NCBI RefSeq assembly: GCF_036365525.1
Contig: NC_090375.1
Coordinates: forward strand, 199,197,864-199,261,863
Direction of reading: 5' to 3'
Length of the DNA: 64,000 nucleotides
From: Heterodontus francisci
Taxonomy: Eukaryota
The translations under genes were made by a program, and so were the position numbers. Positions 1 through 11,809 of this stretch are shown here, piece by piece (position 1 is the stretch's first letter; the number at the start of each line of letters is the position of its first letter). The notes beneath the pieces are model-generated. The model saw nothing but the letters and a program-made list of their open reading frames with translations. It did not search any database and was not told the DNA's origin.

Positions 1-22
1 AAGGGAAACTCATACAAAAACC
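1..22 (+). other. 3' part of a 23-RSS (spacer end + nonamer ACAAAAACC at 14-22) of a V segment lying just upstream of the window
   Basis: Bases 1-100 align with the spacer, nonamer and 3' flank of the V at 33341 (aagggaaacccatgcaaaaaccgaa...gcacgaacaccatcatgctcagtctgtg, 33666 onward). Confidence 0.85.
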
Positions 23-755
23 GAAACTGCACGAACACCATCATGCTCAGTCTGTGTAAGCTGTTCACACACAAACCACAAGTGTAGCGTTTGGAGATTT
101 CCACGAGCTTTTAATTCTACCGTGTGCTGGGTAGATAGCTCGGTATTTTCACGATGTTATTTGCATAATATCTTTGAGCTGGGATGATTATCATTACTTT
201 GTTAACTCCGTGAGATACAGTTGAAAAAGTCTTCCCTACCTTTAAGGCGATATTATGATAAGGCGATATTATGATAGCTTGGTCAAAGATGCAGCTTTTA
301 TGGAGCGTCTTAAAGGAGGAAAGAGAAGTAGAGAGATTTAGCGAGGGAATTCCAGAGCTTTGGACCGAGCTAGCTGAAGGTGCAGCCTGCCAATGGTTGA
401 GCAATTGCAAGAGCATAAGAAATAGGGGCAGAAGTAGACCATATGGACCATCAAGCCTGCTCCGCCATTCAAAACGACCATGGCTGATCTTAGGATTCAA
501 CTCCACTTTACCGCCTACTTGCGATATCCTTTGATTCCCTGAGAGACTAAAAATCTATCTATCCTAGCCTTAAATGTATTCAATGATGGAGCATCTACAA
601 CCCCCTGGGGTAGAGAATTCCAAAGATTACATTACATTACAGTTATGACAGATCTGTCTTTATTCTATAAATGGATATTACAATTCACATACTGTTTAAA
701 CTAACAGTCCCTTTATCACATTCTGGAAAACCGCTGTTAAGTTTCAAAGCCGGTT

Positions 756-884
756 TGGCAGCATCTGTGTAGAGAGAAACCAAGTTAACGTTTCCGGTCT
801 GTGATCTTTCAGAAAAACATTGTTGTGATGAAACGTCCCAGATGTGGAACGTTAATTCTGTTTCTCTCTACACAGATGCTGCCA
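756..884. repeat. Head-to-head inverted pair of Penelope-like terminal-repeat fragments (25-bp perfect arms); paralog at ~33971-34103
   Basis: TGGCAGCATCTGTGTAGAGAGAAAC (756-780) is the exact reverse complement of 860-884. Confidence 0.75.
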
Positions 885-1499
885 GACCTGCTGAGTACTT
901 CCGGCACTTTCTGTTCGCATTTCAGAGTTCCAGCATCCGCGGTATTTTGCTCTTATATAAGTTTCAATGTCTCCAGTGGCCGCACGGTTCTATAAGAAAA
1001 AACTACCTCAACCATCAAACCAACACTAATGATATTTGCAGTCACGGTCCTGTCATTAGAAATTAGGAACAGGAGTAGGTCAGTTAGCTCTTAGAGCCTG
1101 TTCCCCTTTCAATGAAATCTTGACTGAACTGTGATCTAGCTCCATGTACCCAAGTCGGCCCCATATCCTGTAGACAGGAAGGTTAGCATGATGTTACTGA
1201 ACTCGTAGTCCACAGGCCTGGGCTATTATGGCCGCTGATGGAATTTAAAGTCAGTTACATGAAACATAGAATAAAAAGCTAGTCTCAGTAAAGATGACCA
1301 TCCAACTATCGGACTGTCTTAAAACACCATCTGGTTCACTCATGTCCTTTATGGAAGGAAATCTGCTGTTCTTACCCTGGTCTGGCCTCTCTGTGGCTCC
1401 AGACCCACAACAACGTGGTTGTCTCTTAACTGCCCACTGAAATAGCTGAGCGGTTGTATCAAATCACTATGGAAAATCAAATAGAAATAGAACAGGACG

Positions 1500-2950
1500 A
1501 AACACCTGGCATCCACCTAGGCATCAGATATGACAAAGGCACAGCCTGAAATGTCTTACTTACTAACATCTGGGGACTTGTGCCAAAATTGGGAGAGCTG
1601 TACTACAGACCAACACCCATTGGCAGGACAGAACCATCAGAGATGATGGCATAGTGGCATACAGTTTGGAGGGAGTGGCCCTGGGAGTCCTCAACATTGA
1701 CTCCGGAAATTGTGAATCTGGCCAATTACCGATAAGGAAACCTTTGGCGGATTACCCTCTACAGCCCTCAGCTGATGAATCAGTGTTCCTCCATGTTGAA
1801 CGCCACGTGGAATAGACACTGAAGGTAGAAAGGGGACAGAATGTAGTCTGTGTGGGTGACTTCAATGTCCATCACTGAGTGGCTGGGTAGCACCACTAAT
1901 GACCTAGGTGGCAGAATCCTAAAGGGCATACGTGCCAGACGGGGCCTACGGCAGGAATGAACTAATATGAGGGAAAATCTCCTTGCCCAGGTCCTCACCA
2001 TTTACCTGTTGCTGATGCATCTGTCCATGACAGTATTTGTAGGAGTGACGATTGCATAGTCCTTGTGGAGACGAAATTCTGTGTTCACACAGAGGACATC
2101 GCCCATTATGTTGTGTAGCACTACCGCCATGTTGAATTGGCCAGATTCTGATCGGAATTAGCAGCTCAAACATTGACTACGGCCCAGAATATTCCACACT
2201 TTATCACTACATTCAAGCCAAGGGACCAACCTTGGTTCAATGAGGAGTTTAAGAGAGCATGCCAGGAACAACACCAGGTATATCTGAATTGAGTTATCAT
2301 GCTGGTGAATATTCAAAACAGGACTACAAACATGCTGAACAGTGGAAGAAGATGCTATATTTAGAGTTAAGTGACCCCACAACCAAAATATTAGAACAAA
2401 GCTCTGCAGTCCTGCCATATCCACTGGTGAACAGTGATGGACAGTTTAAGAACGAGCGGGAGTTCCCCATAACAACCCCAGGAAGTTCCCATAATAAATT
2501 CTGGCAGACGCTGGCCAGCACATCAGAGCAAAAGACAAAACTGAAGCAATTGTTACCATCTTCAGCTCGAAGTGCCAAGTGGATGATCCATCTCGGCCTC
2601 CTCCTGCAGTCCCCAGCATCACAGATGCCAGTCTTCAGCCAAGTCGATTCACTCCAGGTGACATTAAGAAACGGCTGAGGTCACTTGACACAGCAAAGGC
2701 CACAGCCTGACAGCTTACCGGCTGCCGTGCTCAAGATTTGTGCTCCAGAACTAGCCATGCCCCTATCAAGTTGCACTAGTGCAGTTACAACACTGTAATC
2801 AACTCGACAATGTGGAAAGTTTCCCAGGTATGTCCCGTGCACAAAAAGCAGGACAAATACAATGCAGCCAATTACTGCTCCATCAATCTACTCTCAATCA
2901 TCAGCAAAGTGATGGAATGTGTTGTCAACCGTCCTATCATACAGCACTTA
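1500..2950 (+). mobile_element. Decayed non-LTR retrotransposon (APE endonuclease to RT region, CR1/L2-group LINE); paralogs ~34620-36140 and ~39460-40235
   Basis: The paralog ORF at 34644 reads QQPDIVILTESYLS...TITIPGY...DR..RGDGIVVY, typical of APE endonucleases. All copies are frameshifted. Confidence 0.7.
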
Positions 2951-3519
2951 CCCAGCAATAACCTGCTCCAAACTGATAAAATGTCATGACCTGAAATGTT
3001 AACTCCGTTTCTCTCTCCACAGTTGCTGCCTGAGCTGCTGTGTATTTCCAGCACTTTCTGTTTTTGTTGCACTGTGATAGCTCCCCTGCCCTTCTTTGAA
3101 ATAGTGCCATGGGATCTTTTATGTACACCTGAGAGTGCAGACGGGGCCACAGTTTCACATCTCATCCAGAAGACATCACCTCTGAGAGTGCAGCACTCCC
3201 TCAGTACTCCACTATAGTGTCAGTCTGGATTTTTGTGCTTAAGTCCTGGAGTAAGACATAAAATCACAACCTTCTGATTGATACACAAAAGTGCTTCCAG
3301 CTGCCATGGCTGACACAATCCCCATGACTCCAGGGACTTAAGGGAAATGGCACAGCCTCCAGAAACATGAAGGATGGCACTGCAGGACCGCCAATGTACT
3401 CTGCCTCCCTACACATTAGCTGACAACCTTCAATCCCCAGTTTGATCAGCATTTAATCCTTTATGCTACAATAAAACATATGGCCAGTTTTACTGTAGGA
3501 TTCAGCTGATTCCTCACGC

Positions 3520-3915
3520 AACATCCCTGTAACCGCCTGAAGCCCTACAACCTTCCCTATCTCTGTAACCCCCTCCAGCTCTACAACCTTCCCTATCTCT
3601 GTAACCTCGAGCTCATTCACCTTCCTATTTCTGTTACCTCTTCCACCCCCGACATCCCGTGCTTGCACTGTAATCTCCTCTCGCCCCGGCAACCCTCCCT
3701 ATCTCTGTAGATTCCTTCAGCTTTGAGATCCTCTGAGATCACTGCACTCCACTATTCCTGGCCTCTTGTGCCTCCTGATTTTAATCACTCCACCTTTGGA
3801 GGTCGTGCCTTCAGCCACGTGGGCCTTAAGATCTGTCAGTCCCTCCATAATCCCCTCCACTTTTCTACCTTTCTCTCCTCCTTTAAAACTCTCCTTATAA
3901 TCTGTCTCAGTGACC
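3520..3915 (+). mobile_element. L2-type LINE 3' remnant carrying a short 36-bp tandem repeat (ccctatctctgtaacctcctccagccctacaa...); paralogs ~36715-37160 and ~40805-41210
   Basis: 12-codon periodicity (LEEVTEIGKVVG) in minus-strand ORFs 3453, 36644 and 40734; pyrimidine-rich 3' end 'tcctcctttaaaactctcctta'. Confidence 0.55.
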
Positions 3916-5473
3916 AGACTTTGGGCCATAGAGAATCATAGAAGCATAGAAAGATTACAGAACAGAAAGAGGCCACTTGGCCCATCGTATCTGTGCCAGC
4001 CGAAACACGTTCTTCCCATTCTAATCCCGCCTTCCAGCATTTGGACCGTAGCCCCGCAGATTACAGCACTCTGTCCTGATATCTGGTATTGTCAAATTTA
4101 GTCTGCTAATGTTCCTATGAAGTGTCTGAGGATGTTTTATTACATTAAATGTGCTATTTAATTGCAATTTATTGATGTTATTGTTCAATTTATATCGTGT
4201 GGAACCGATCTAAACTCCTAATGCAAATAAATCGCTACAAGCAGCAGCTTCCAAGATAAATCTCCCTGCAATGTCGTTTTCTCCCTGAAAAGTGCTCCCG
4301 GGTATCAATCCAAGAAGAACACGGATCAGTCAACCCTGGTTTCCATGGTTATTTGATTAACTGCGTCTGTTTTCTGCCTGTAAGCTGCTGCTCAACGTAA
4401 TTCTGATGAAAGGCCACCCACCTGAAACGTTAACTCTGTTTCTTTCTCCACAGATGCTGCCTGGCCTGCTGAGTATTTCCAGCATTTGCTGTTCGTATTT
4501 CAGATTTCCAGTAAATTTGGTGCGGGGCTTCTCAGCAGCTGGGACTATTTCCCAGGTAGAGTGTGCATTAGGAAAGTGCTGTTAACTTAGGTCAATCAAC
4601 AATAAAAGCAATGCATTTAAACAGCGCATTTAATGTTGGAAAATGCCTCCAGGCTCTTCACAGGAGCATATTCTGGTAAAAATGAACTAAAAGAAGATAT
4701 TAGATAAAGTGTAAAAAGCCTGACTGAAGTTTTTCTGAAAGGAGGAGGAGTGGTGGAGAGGTGGAGGGCTCTGGGAGGTAAGTTCAGAGCATTGGACCCA
4801 GATGGCTGAAGGCACGGCCCTCAATGGTGAGGCAAATGTACAAAGATCTGAAATATTCAGCAGTGGCTAAAATTGCTGCCGTGATGTACCGCGTGGTTTG
4901 AAATCGCGCTTTCAGAATTGGCGGTGGTTGGTAACAGCGACAATATCAGTCAGTTTTGGTAGACAGTTTACAGCTAGGAAATTCCTTCCAGCGCTTTTCT
5001 GTCACAACTTAATGGTGAGCAGGAGAACAAAGGGAATGTCAGATTGCACTGGGATGGAGCTCCTGACCCATCAATATTTCAGCCACAGGCCCAAACTCAG
5101 CTACCTGGGAATCTGGATGACACGGTCACAGAGATTATTGGCTTTCTTGAATCATTGCAGTGTGTGTGTTGAAGGTTCCCCCACAGTGCTGTCACGCAGG
5201 GAGTTCTAGGATTTTGACCCAAAGTTTGCTGCCAAAGTCCTTCCAGCTGGAAGTCGCCGGTTTGGGATTTCCTGTCGATTTGATCACCTTGTATCACAAT
5301 GTTAGATATGTGAGGGAAAGAACGAACCGAATTTTGCTCTTTTAAAACCGCCAAAAAGTGTTTGAAATTCAATGGAGGTTTCATTCCACATAAAAAATCA
5401 TAAATACGTAACATTAGAAGTCTGACTGAAAGGCGTGACTTGTGTCAGATATACCAGTAGAGAGCAGTATGAA

Positions 5474-5525
5474 CAGGAAGTCGAGTCACACGTGGAATGT
5501 TGTGTTAGAGTCATTGCCCTATATA
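5474..5525 (+). promoter_or_regulatory. Putative V promoter: Ets CAGGAAGT (5474), E-box CACGTG (5489), GAGTCATTGCC (5508), TATATA (5520)
   Basis: Motifs cluster 50-100 bp upstream of the leader ATG. All except the E-box are retained in the paralog at 44459-44510. Confidence 0.55.
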
Positions 5526-5572
5526 TTTTATCCAAATGTTAATACAAGTGTCTCACACCTCAGATAGGCAAC

Positions 5573-5999
5573 ATGTTGCTGTGTTGGGTTGTTTTCGTGA
5601 CATTTTTTCCACGTAAATGGATTTATTCTTTAACTACGTTTCAATTGTTTTATTCAGGCTGTAGAACTATTTGTAATCTGGTATTTCCTTCCCCACAGAT
5701 GGATGTTTTGCTCAGGATTTGAAACAGAAACAACTGTCAGTCACCGTGGGTAATGGGAGAAGGACTACAATTAGGTGTGAGCTGGGTGAATCAGTCAGTG
5801 CTTCCGTTATCCATTGGTACAAACAGGCAGCGGGACAGCAGCCCGTTCGGATGCTCTACTACGATGGGAATGTTCGTCGGGATGACGGATTCGATAAAAG
5901 GTTTTCAACAGAGAAGAGTGGAGCCAAACAATATGTTCTGCGTATTAGCGATATAAAGGCAGAAGATACCGCCACCTATTACTGTGCCTATTGGAAACA
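5573..5999 (+). CDS. TRGV: TCR gamma-type V segment, intact (leader exon 5573-5612, V exon 5699-5999)
   Basis: MLLCWVVFVTFFP|gtaaat...ccccacag|HGCFAQDLKQKQLSVTV...IRCELGESVSASVIHWYKQ...EDTATYYCAYWK. Phase-1 intron, open frame, followed by an RSS. YYCAxW with a 23-RSS is typical of TRGV. Confidence 0.9.
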
Positions 6000-6038
6000 C
6001 ACAGAGCTAAACAGCAATTCAATCCGCTTACAAAAACC
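6000..6038 (+). other. 23-bp-spacer RSS (CACAGAG-23-ACAAAAACC)
   Basis: Heptamer 6000-6006, spacer 6007-6029, consensus nonamer 6030-6038. Confidence 0.95.
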
Positions 6039-7986
6039 CTCAACACTGCAATTCAAACATAACCAAAACCACATCCGACTCACAACTGAAAACTGCCAAA
6101 ATCCTCCTCCTTCAGTTAAATGTTTACTCTGTCACATATCATTAAAATTACACAAAGTAAACAGCTACCCTCACCGAGTTGTCCATTCCTTTACCTTTAG
6201 ATCCGACATGGAACATCAAAGGAGAAGAGGACACAGACAGTGCAATCGGGTGAAATATCCTGTTGATTCTCTCCCCAGACGGTAGCCAGGCGGTGCCCAG
6301 CACGACACTGACACTGTCTGAGTCTTGCTCACCCATCACCCCATTGTTTTCCAGCCGCAATTGGTTCGCTGGCTCCAAAACAATCGAACTGGAAATCTTG
6401 ATCCTCATTTACAAATCCTCCTCTACTCTACCTCTGCAATTTTCCCTACTTTATATCCCGGGCCATGTCATTTGGTCCTCCCACTCTGGCCTCTTGTACC
6501 TCTCTGCTCCATCAACATTCAGCCTCGAAAGTCTACACGTTGGGATTCTTTTGCTAAACTCCCCCCTTCCTACCTTTTTCTCCAGCTTCAGAGGTTTCCC
6601 CAGAAGCGATCTTTTTGACTCGTTACAAATGAAGCATAACTTCCTCACTTTTCAGCGGTCTCTGTTCACTCATCCACTTCTGTTTAACTGTCATATCCCC
6701 TTTAGTTGCATCTTGATTTGTTTTTAAATTAAAGGTAAATGAATAGAAACATAGGAACATGAGGAGACCACTCAGCCCCATGGGTTTACTCCACCATTCA
6801 ATTCGATTATGGCCGATCTATATTTCAGCTCCATTTACCCGGCTTTGCTCCATATCCCTTGATATGCTTACCCAACATGAATCGTGACCTTGAACATTTC
6901 AATTGCGCTCCAGCATCCACAGTCTATTACTGGGGAGAGTTCCAGCTTTCCACAACCCTTTGTGTGAAGAACTGCTTCCTGACATCACCCCTGAACGGCC
7001 CAGCTCTAATTTTACATTACACCCTTGTTCAGGACTCCCCCACCAAAGAAAATAGATACTCTATATCTACTCTATTGAATCCTTTCCTCATTTAAAAATA
7101 ATGATTCGATCACTCCTCAGTCATCTATACTTAACAGAATACACGGCAGGTTTATACAATCTGTCCTCATAATTTAAACCATCATTCTGGTAAATGTGCA
7201 CTGCAACTCTCCTAATTCTAGGTATCCATCATAAAGTACAGTGTCCAAAACTGAATGCAATGCTCCAGATGGGGTCTGATCAATGCTGTACAACTGAAGC
7301 ATAACTTCCTCACTTTTGTATTCCATTTCTTTGACATCTGTGGCTCAATGGCAACACTATCATCTCTGAGTTGGAAGATCAGAATTGAACTTGTAATGTA
7401 AGCTGACATTCTGGTGTAGTACCGAGGGAGTGCATTCAGTATTGAGATAGCATCTTTCATATGAAACGTGAAAGTAGGGCTCTATCTTCCCTAACAGGAG
7501 AATATAAAATGCTCCATGGCACTATTTTGAAGATGAGTAGGGTGCCCTGGCCAATATTTATCCCTGAACCAAAATCATTATCTAGATGATCTCATTGCTG
7601 TTTGGGGGGCCATGTTGTGCACAAATTGACTGCCGTGTTTTTCACATTGCCACAGTGGCTATGGTTAAAAAGTCTCTTTCTTCACTACAAAGGTCAATAT
7701 TCGAGTATGCTTCTTGATTACACTTTGTTCCTGTTCTATAGATTTTACTCACATGAACACCAAGCTTCCATTTGACTTCTACAGTTTCTAGATTCTCACC
7801 ATTAAGAAAATATTCCAGTTTCTCTTTCATGAATAACCTGACACTTCCTCATATTGACCTCCTTTTGCCACAGTTATGCCCACTCGCTTTATCCGTCTAT
7901 TTGCATTTGTAATTTGCTGCTCCCATCTACACAACTTACTGTGTCATCAGCAAACTTAGATGGACAGCTCCACATTCCTCCATCCA

Positions 7987-8316
7987 TAGAGACATGCAGC
8001 ACTGAAACAGGCCCTTCAGCACACCGAGTCTGTGCCGCCCATCAGCCACCCATTTGCACTAACCCTACATTAATCACATATTCCCTACCACATTCCCACC
8101 TTCCCTCAATTCTCCTACCGCCTACCTACTCCAGTGGCAATTTACAATGACCAATTTACCTATCAACCTGCAGTTCTTTGGTTGTGGGAGGAAACCAGAG
8201 CACCCAACAGAAACCCACACGCTCACAGGGAGAACTTGCAATTCCGCACAGGCAGTACCCACAACGGAACCCGGGTCGCTGGAGCTGTGAGGCTGCAGTG
8301 CTAACCACTGCACCAC
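7987..8316 (-). mobile_element. tRNA-derived V-SINE (HE1-like), absent from the paralogous site near 47005
   Basis: Minus strand: A-box gtggtgcagtggttagc, B-box-like cgggttcc, V-domain ttctccctgtgagcgtgtgggtttc...ctggttttcctcccaca, and a LINE-like tail. Confidence 0.8.
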
Positions 8317-8334
8317 TCACTAATCCACTAATAT

Positions 8335-9800
8335 GCATTGCCCACACAATAAGAAACAACGCCTTTAGACTTGTCTTTTTAACACTGTTAGTCATCTTAG
8401 TTTTATTTTTGCACTATGGCCCCATTTGTTTCTTGCCCTTGTTTTCTCTGCCTTCCACGTTTGCTTACCTTTTTGTCTTTCATTTCTATTCTTGTTTACT
8501 CCTCCTCTGTCTCCCCGCTTATATTCTCATCCCCCTGCCATTCTAGTTTAAACCCTCCCCTCCCAACAGCATTAGCAAACCAGACATCGTCATAAAGAAT
8601 GGCAGAGCAGGCTCGAAGGGGCGAATGGCCTACTCATACTCCGATTTTCTATGTTTCTAAACACTTCCCCCCCACCCCCTCTCTATCGCCCCCACTGAGG
8701 AAATTGGTCCTGGTCCTAGTCAGATGCAACTCGTCCATCCTGTACTGGTCCCCCCTTCCCAAGAACCGGTGCCAATGTCCCAGAAATCTGAATCCATCCT
8801 CCCTACACCATTTCTACAGCCACGTATTCATCTGATAACTCCTGCTATTTCTGCTCCCCTTAGCACATGACACTGGTAGTAATCCTGAGATTACTACCTT
8901 TGAGGTCTTACTTTTTAATTTTACGTCCTAACTCCCTACATTCAGCTTGTAGGACCTCATCCCTTCTTTTTTACCTATGTCCTTGGTACCAATATGTACC
9001 ACGACAACTGGCTGCTCGCCCTCCCCCCTCAGATTGCCCTGCAGCTACTGAGAGACATCCTTGACCAGGGAGGCAACATACCATCCTGGAATCTCTTTTG
9101 CGCTGCAGAAACACCAGTCTATTCCCATTATGATTGAATCCCTTATCACTATAGCCCTGCCACTCTTCTTTCTTCCCTCCTGTGCAGCAGAGCCACCCAT
9201 GGTGCCATGAACTTGGCTCTTGCTGCTTTCCCCTGAGCCATCTCCCCCAACAATCCAAAGTGATATTTCTGTTAGAGAGGGGGATGGCCACAGGGGACTC
9301 CTGCACTAACTGCCTTCCTCTACTCTGCCTGGTGGTCACCCATTCCCTCTCTGCCTTTGCAGCATTTGCGTGAGATGTGACCACCTTGCTAACCGTGCTA
9401 TCCACAATGATCTCAGCATTGCAGATGCTCCACAGCGAATCCAAGTGTAGCTCCAGCTCTGCAATGCAGGTAGCCAGTAGCTGAAAATGGATCCCCTTCA
9501 TGAACACATGGCCATCAAGGACGCTAGAAGAGTCCCTGATTTCTCACATAGCACAGGAAGAGCATATCACGGGGGCGAGATCTCCTTCCATGACTTACTT
9601 TCAGATTTCTTCGTTACTCCCTTTAATTAAAAATTACTAATTACACTAGGGGCCTTGTTCTACTCCAATCACTACCCACTACAATTAAGGTCCTGACCTT
9701 TACTTTTGAAGCTAATGGACTGCAATAGTATAAATAGTAGAAAAAGTAGAAAAACTCACCTGAACCTACTTACCAATCAGCTGCTTCCCTGTGCCCAAAT
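8335..9800 (-). mobile_element. CR1 LINE 5' fragment (5'UTR, ORF1 esterase-like region, start of ORF2)
   Basis: ORF 8971-9507 (REWVTTRQSRGRQLVQESPVAIPLSNR...RDSRMVCCLPG) is similar to ORF1 at 54147-54785, and 8350-8470 matches 51790-51900. Confidence 0.75.
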
Positions 9801-10517
9801 GACTTTTTGAATCCTGCTGTCAGTTGTAATTCCGCTGCCTGAAGGTCCGAAATGTATGCTGCTCCTCACCTCCTCTCGGGTCTTGGCCTCTCTGCCTCTG
9901 TTCACGTCCTTTATCTCTCTCTCTCTTGCTTTGCCTCCCCTCAGCTCCTCTCAGGTATTCCGAATTTTACTGGTATCCTCACCCCGGAGGCTCTGTTTCA
10001 CTGCTCTCACTGTTGATTGTGACATCATTCTGATGTCACTTATCGGTGTTTTCCCCAGCTCTGCTCTCCACTCTCTCTGGCTCCAGTCTTTGACTCTGAT
10101 TTGGCACACCATTTGAACCTCCGGCTCTTCAGTTTGTGCTCCGTCCTCCACTCTCCCTGGCTCTGGTCCGACTCTCTTTGGCTCCGGTGTGGATTGTATC
10201 ATTTTAACAGTCCCTGAAATGTGCTTCTTTACAGCTGTGGTGTCTGGTGATCACAATCCATCAGGATTATCTGGCCCAGGGAGTAGTACTTTGACTCCAC
10301 AAGCACCGTCTCTTAGTATGCAAATATCCTCCAGTCAAAGGTCTGGTGATCTCTTCAACAAAGCCTTTCCCCACTCCAGCAACAGTTTAAAATCAAAGTT
10401 CATATGACAAAATTAATATGCCTCATTCTTGGCAGGTGGGGGTCTGCATGACAGTTATGCTGTCAGGCATTTGTTCATATCTCCTGGATTTCTGTTCATA
10501 AGTAAAATATCACCAGT

Positions 10518-11289
10518 TGTGGTTTGGAGCAGCATGTGGAGCTCACCAAGTGCTGAAGACATGGAGTCGAAGGATATCGGGACAAAGGAAAAAAAATTCT
10601 GACCAAAGACATCGTCACCGAGGTTCATATTGGACTTTTAAAAAATAAAAGACAGTGTAACGGAACTAGGACCCCTACATATACATACAGACAGATGAAT
10701 CAGGACACATTACTGATATGATAGCCTGGGCTGTTAAAACATCAAACAGCCTGTCTACAACCACTCAACACTCAGGGACAATGGCCTCTTGAAATATGTG
10801 TGAATGGTTTCCTTCTTGCCTTATCAAGATGCAGATATCACATCCATGGGTGGTTTACACCTAAGAACGCCTCCCTGCTGCGAGCAGGATATGACCACAT
10901 GCAGGTGGTCTTGCATATCCAGGCTAGGATTAATAAGGCACTGAAACCCAATCGGATGACCCATTTCAAAATGTTACCCGGGTCAGAAAGGGGGAATAAA
11001 GCCACAGATCATAAGGACATTGTTCCTGCAGCTAGGAGGTGCGACATTGTTAGTCACAGGAAGACATGCAGAAGGCATCGTTCAGTGAACTTGACTGCCC
11101 AGGAACGAGTTTCTGTATGTGGGTCTGCTAAGCAACTGGTGTTGTCAGTGTATACTATTGCTTGGTCAGTTAATAAAGGTGTTCCGCATAAAGTGGAAAT
11201 TGTATCCAAAGTCTGTTTTGTGTGATTGATGCTCAGGTTGGGGTCAAGATCTTAGAAAGAAGTGAGACCCCTCTTTTAAGAGTCTTACA
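10518..11289 (+). mobile_element. LTR-like repeat (possible solo LTR); diverged paralog at ~47842-48619
   Basis: Ends in ...GAGTCTTACA with an internal TAATAAAGGTGTTCC polyA signal in both copies; TATA-like TATATAAAA in the second copy. The 5' boundary and TSD are not resolved. Confidence 0.4.
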
Positions 11290-11809
11290 GCTCACAAGCC
11301 ACGAATGTAAAACTAACTAGCCAGAGTGGTTTCTAGGTCTGTCTTTACATCATTTCTTGAATAAAGGTGTCACATTTGCCACTCTCCACTCCTCTGGTCC
11401 CTCCACCTTATCTAGGGAAGATAGGAAGATTTTGGCAAGCCCTTCCACTATCTACACTCCCACTTTCTTTGCCAACTTGAGATGCAAGCCATCCAGACCA
11501 GGTGATTTATCTACCCTAGAGTAGCCAACCATTTTAGTACCTCCCCCTCTCAAGCTTTACTCTATACATTGCCTTTACTCGGTCCACTTCTACTGATATT
11601 TTGTCAGATTCCTCTTCCTTCGGAAACACAAATACAAAGTACACATTAAGTATTCTAGCCTTGCCCTTTGCCTCCTAGCACAATTACTGAAATTAGCTTT
11701 TAACTCCAGATGTATTTAATTAACTGAATATAAATTCTTCTGCTGCTGTGGTGGGATTTGAAATCATAATTCCAGATCATTAGTCCAGAACTCTGCATTG
11801 CTATAATAA

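Larger units (their letters stand above)
1..7985 (+). repeat. Segmental duplication, copy A (3' flank of the upstream V + intergenic DNA + V at 5573 + its flank); paralogous to ~33666-47010
   Basis: Colinear blocks visible by eye: 1-4800 vs 33666-38026; 2175-4950 vs 39460-42235; 4940-7985 vs 43802-47010. The copies differ by TE insertions and indels. Confidence 0.9.

Noticed and set aside
5182-5188. CACAGTG upstream of the 5573 V (also ~44017) as an orphan RSS or D segment
   Set aside because: No nonamer at 12 or 23 bp. The context is the reverse complement of the LINE 3' end seen at 43321-43375.
6000-6285. C-terminal extensions of V ORFs (188, 103 and 141 aa) as longer proteins
   Set aside because: Read-through of the RSS and flank in unrearranged DNA. 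ORF-track starts are TTG/GTG inside spliced exons.
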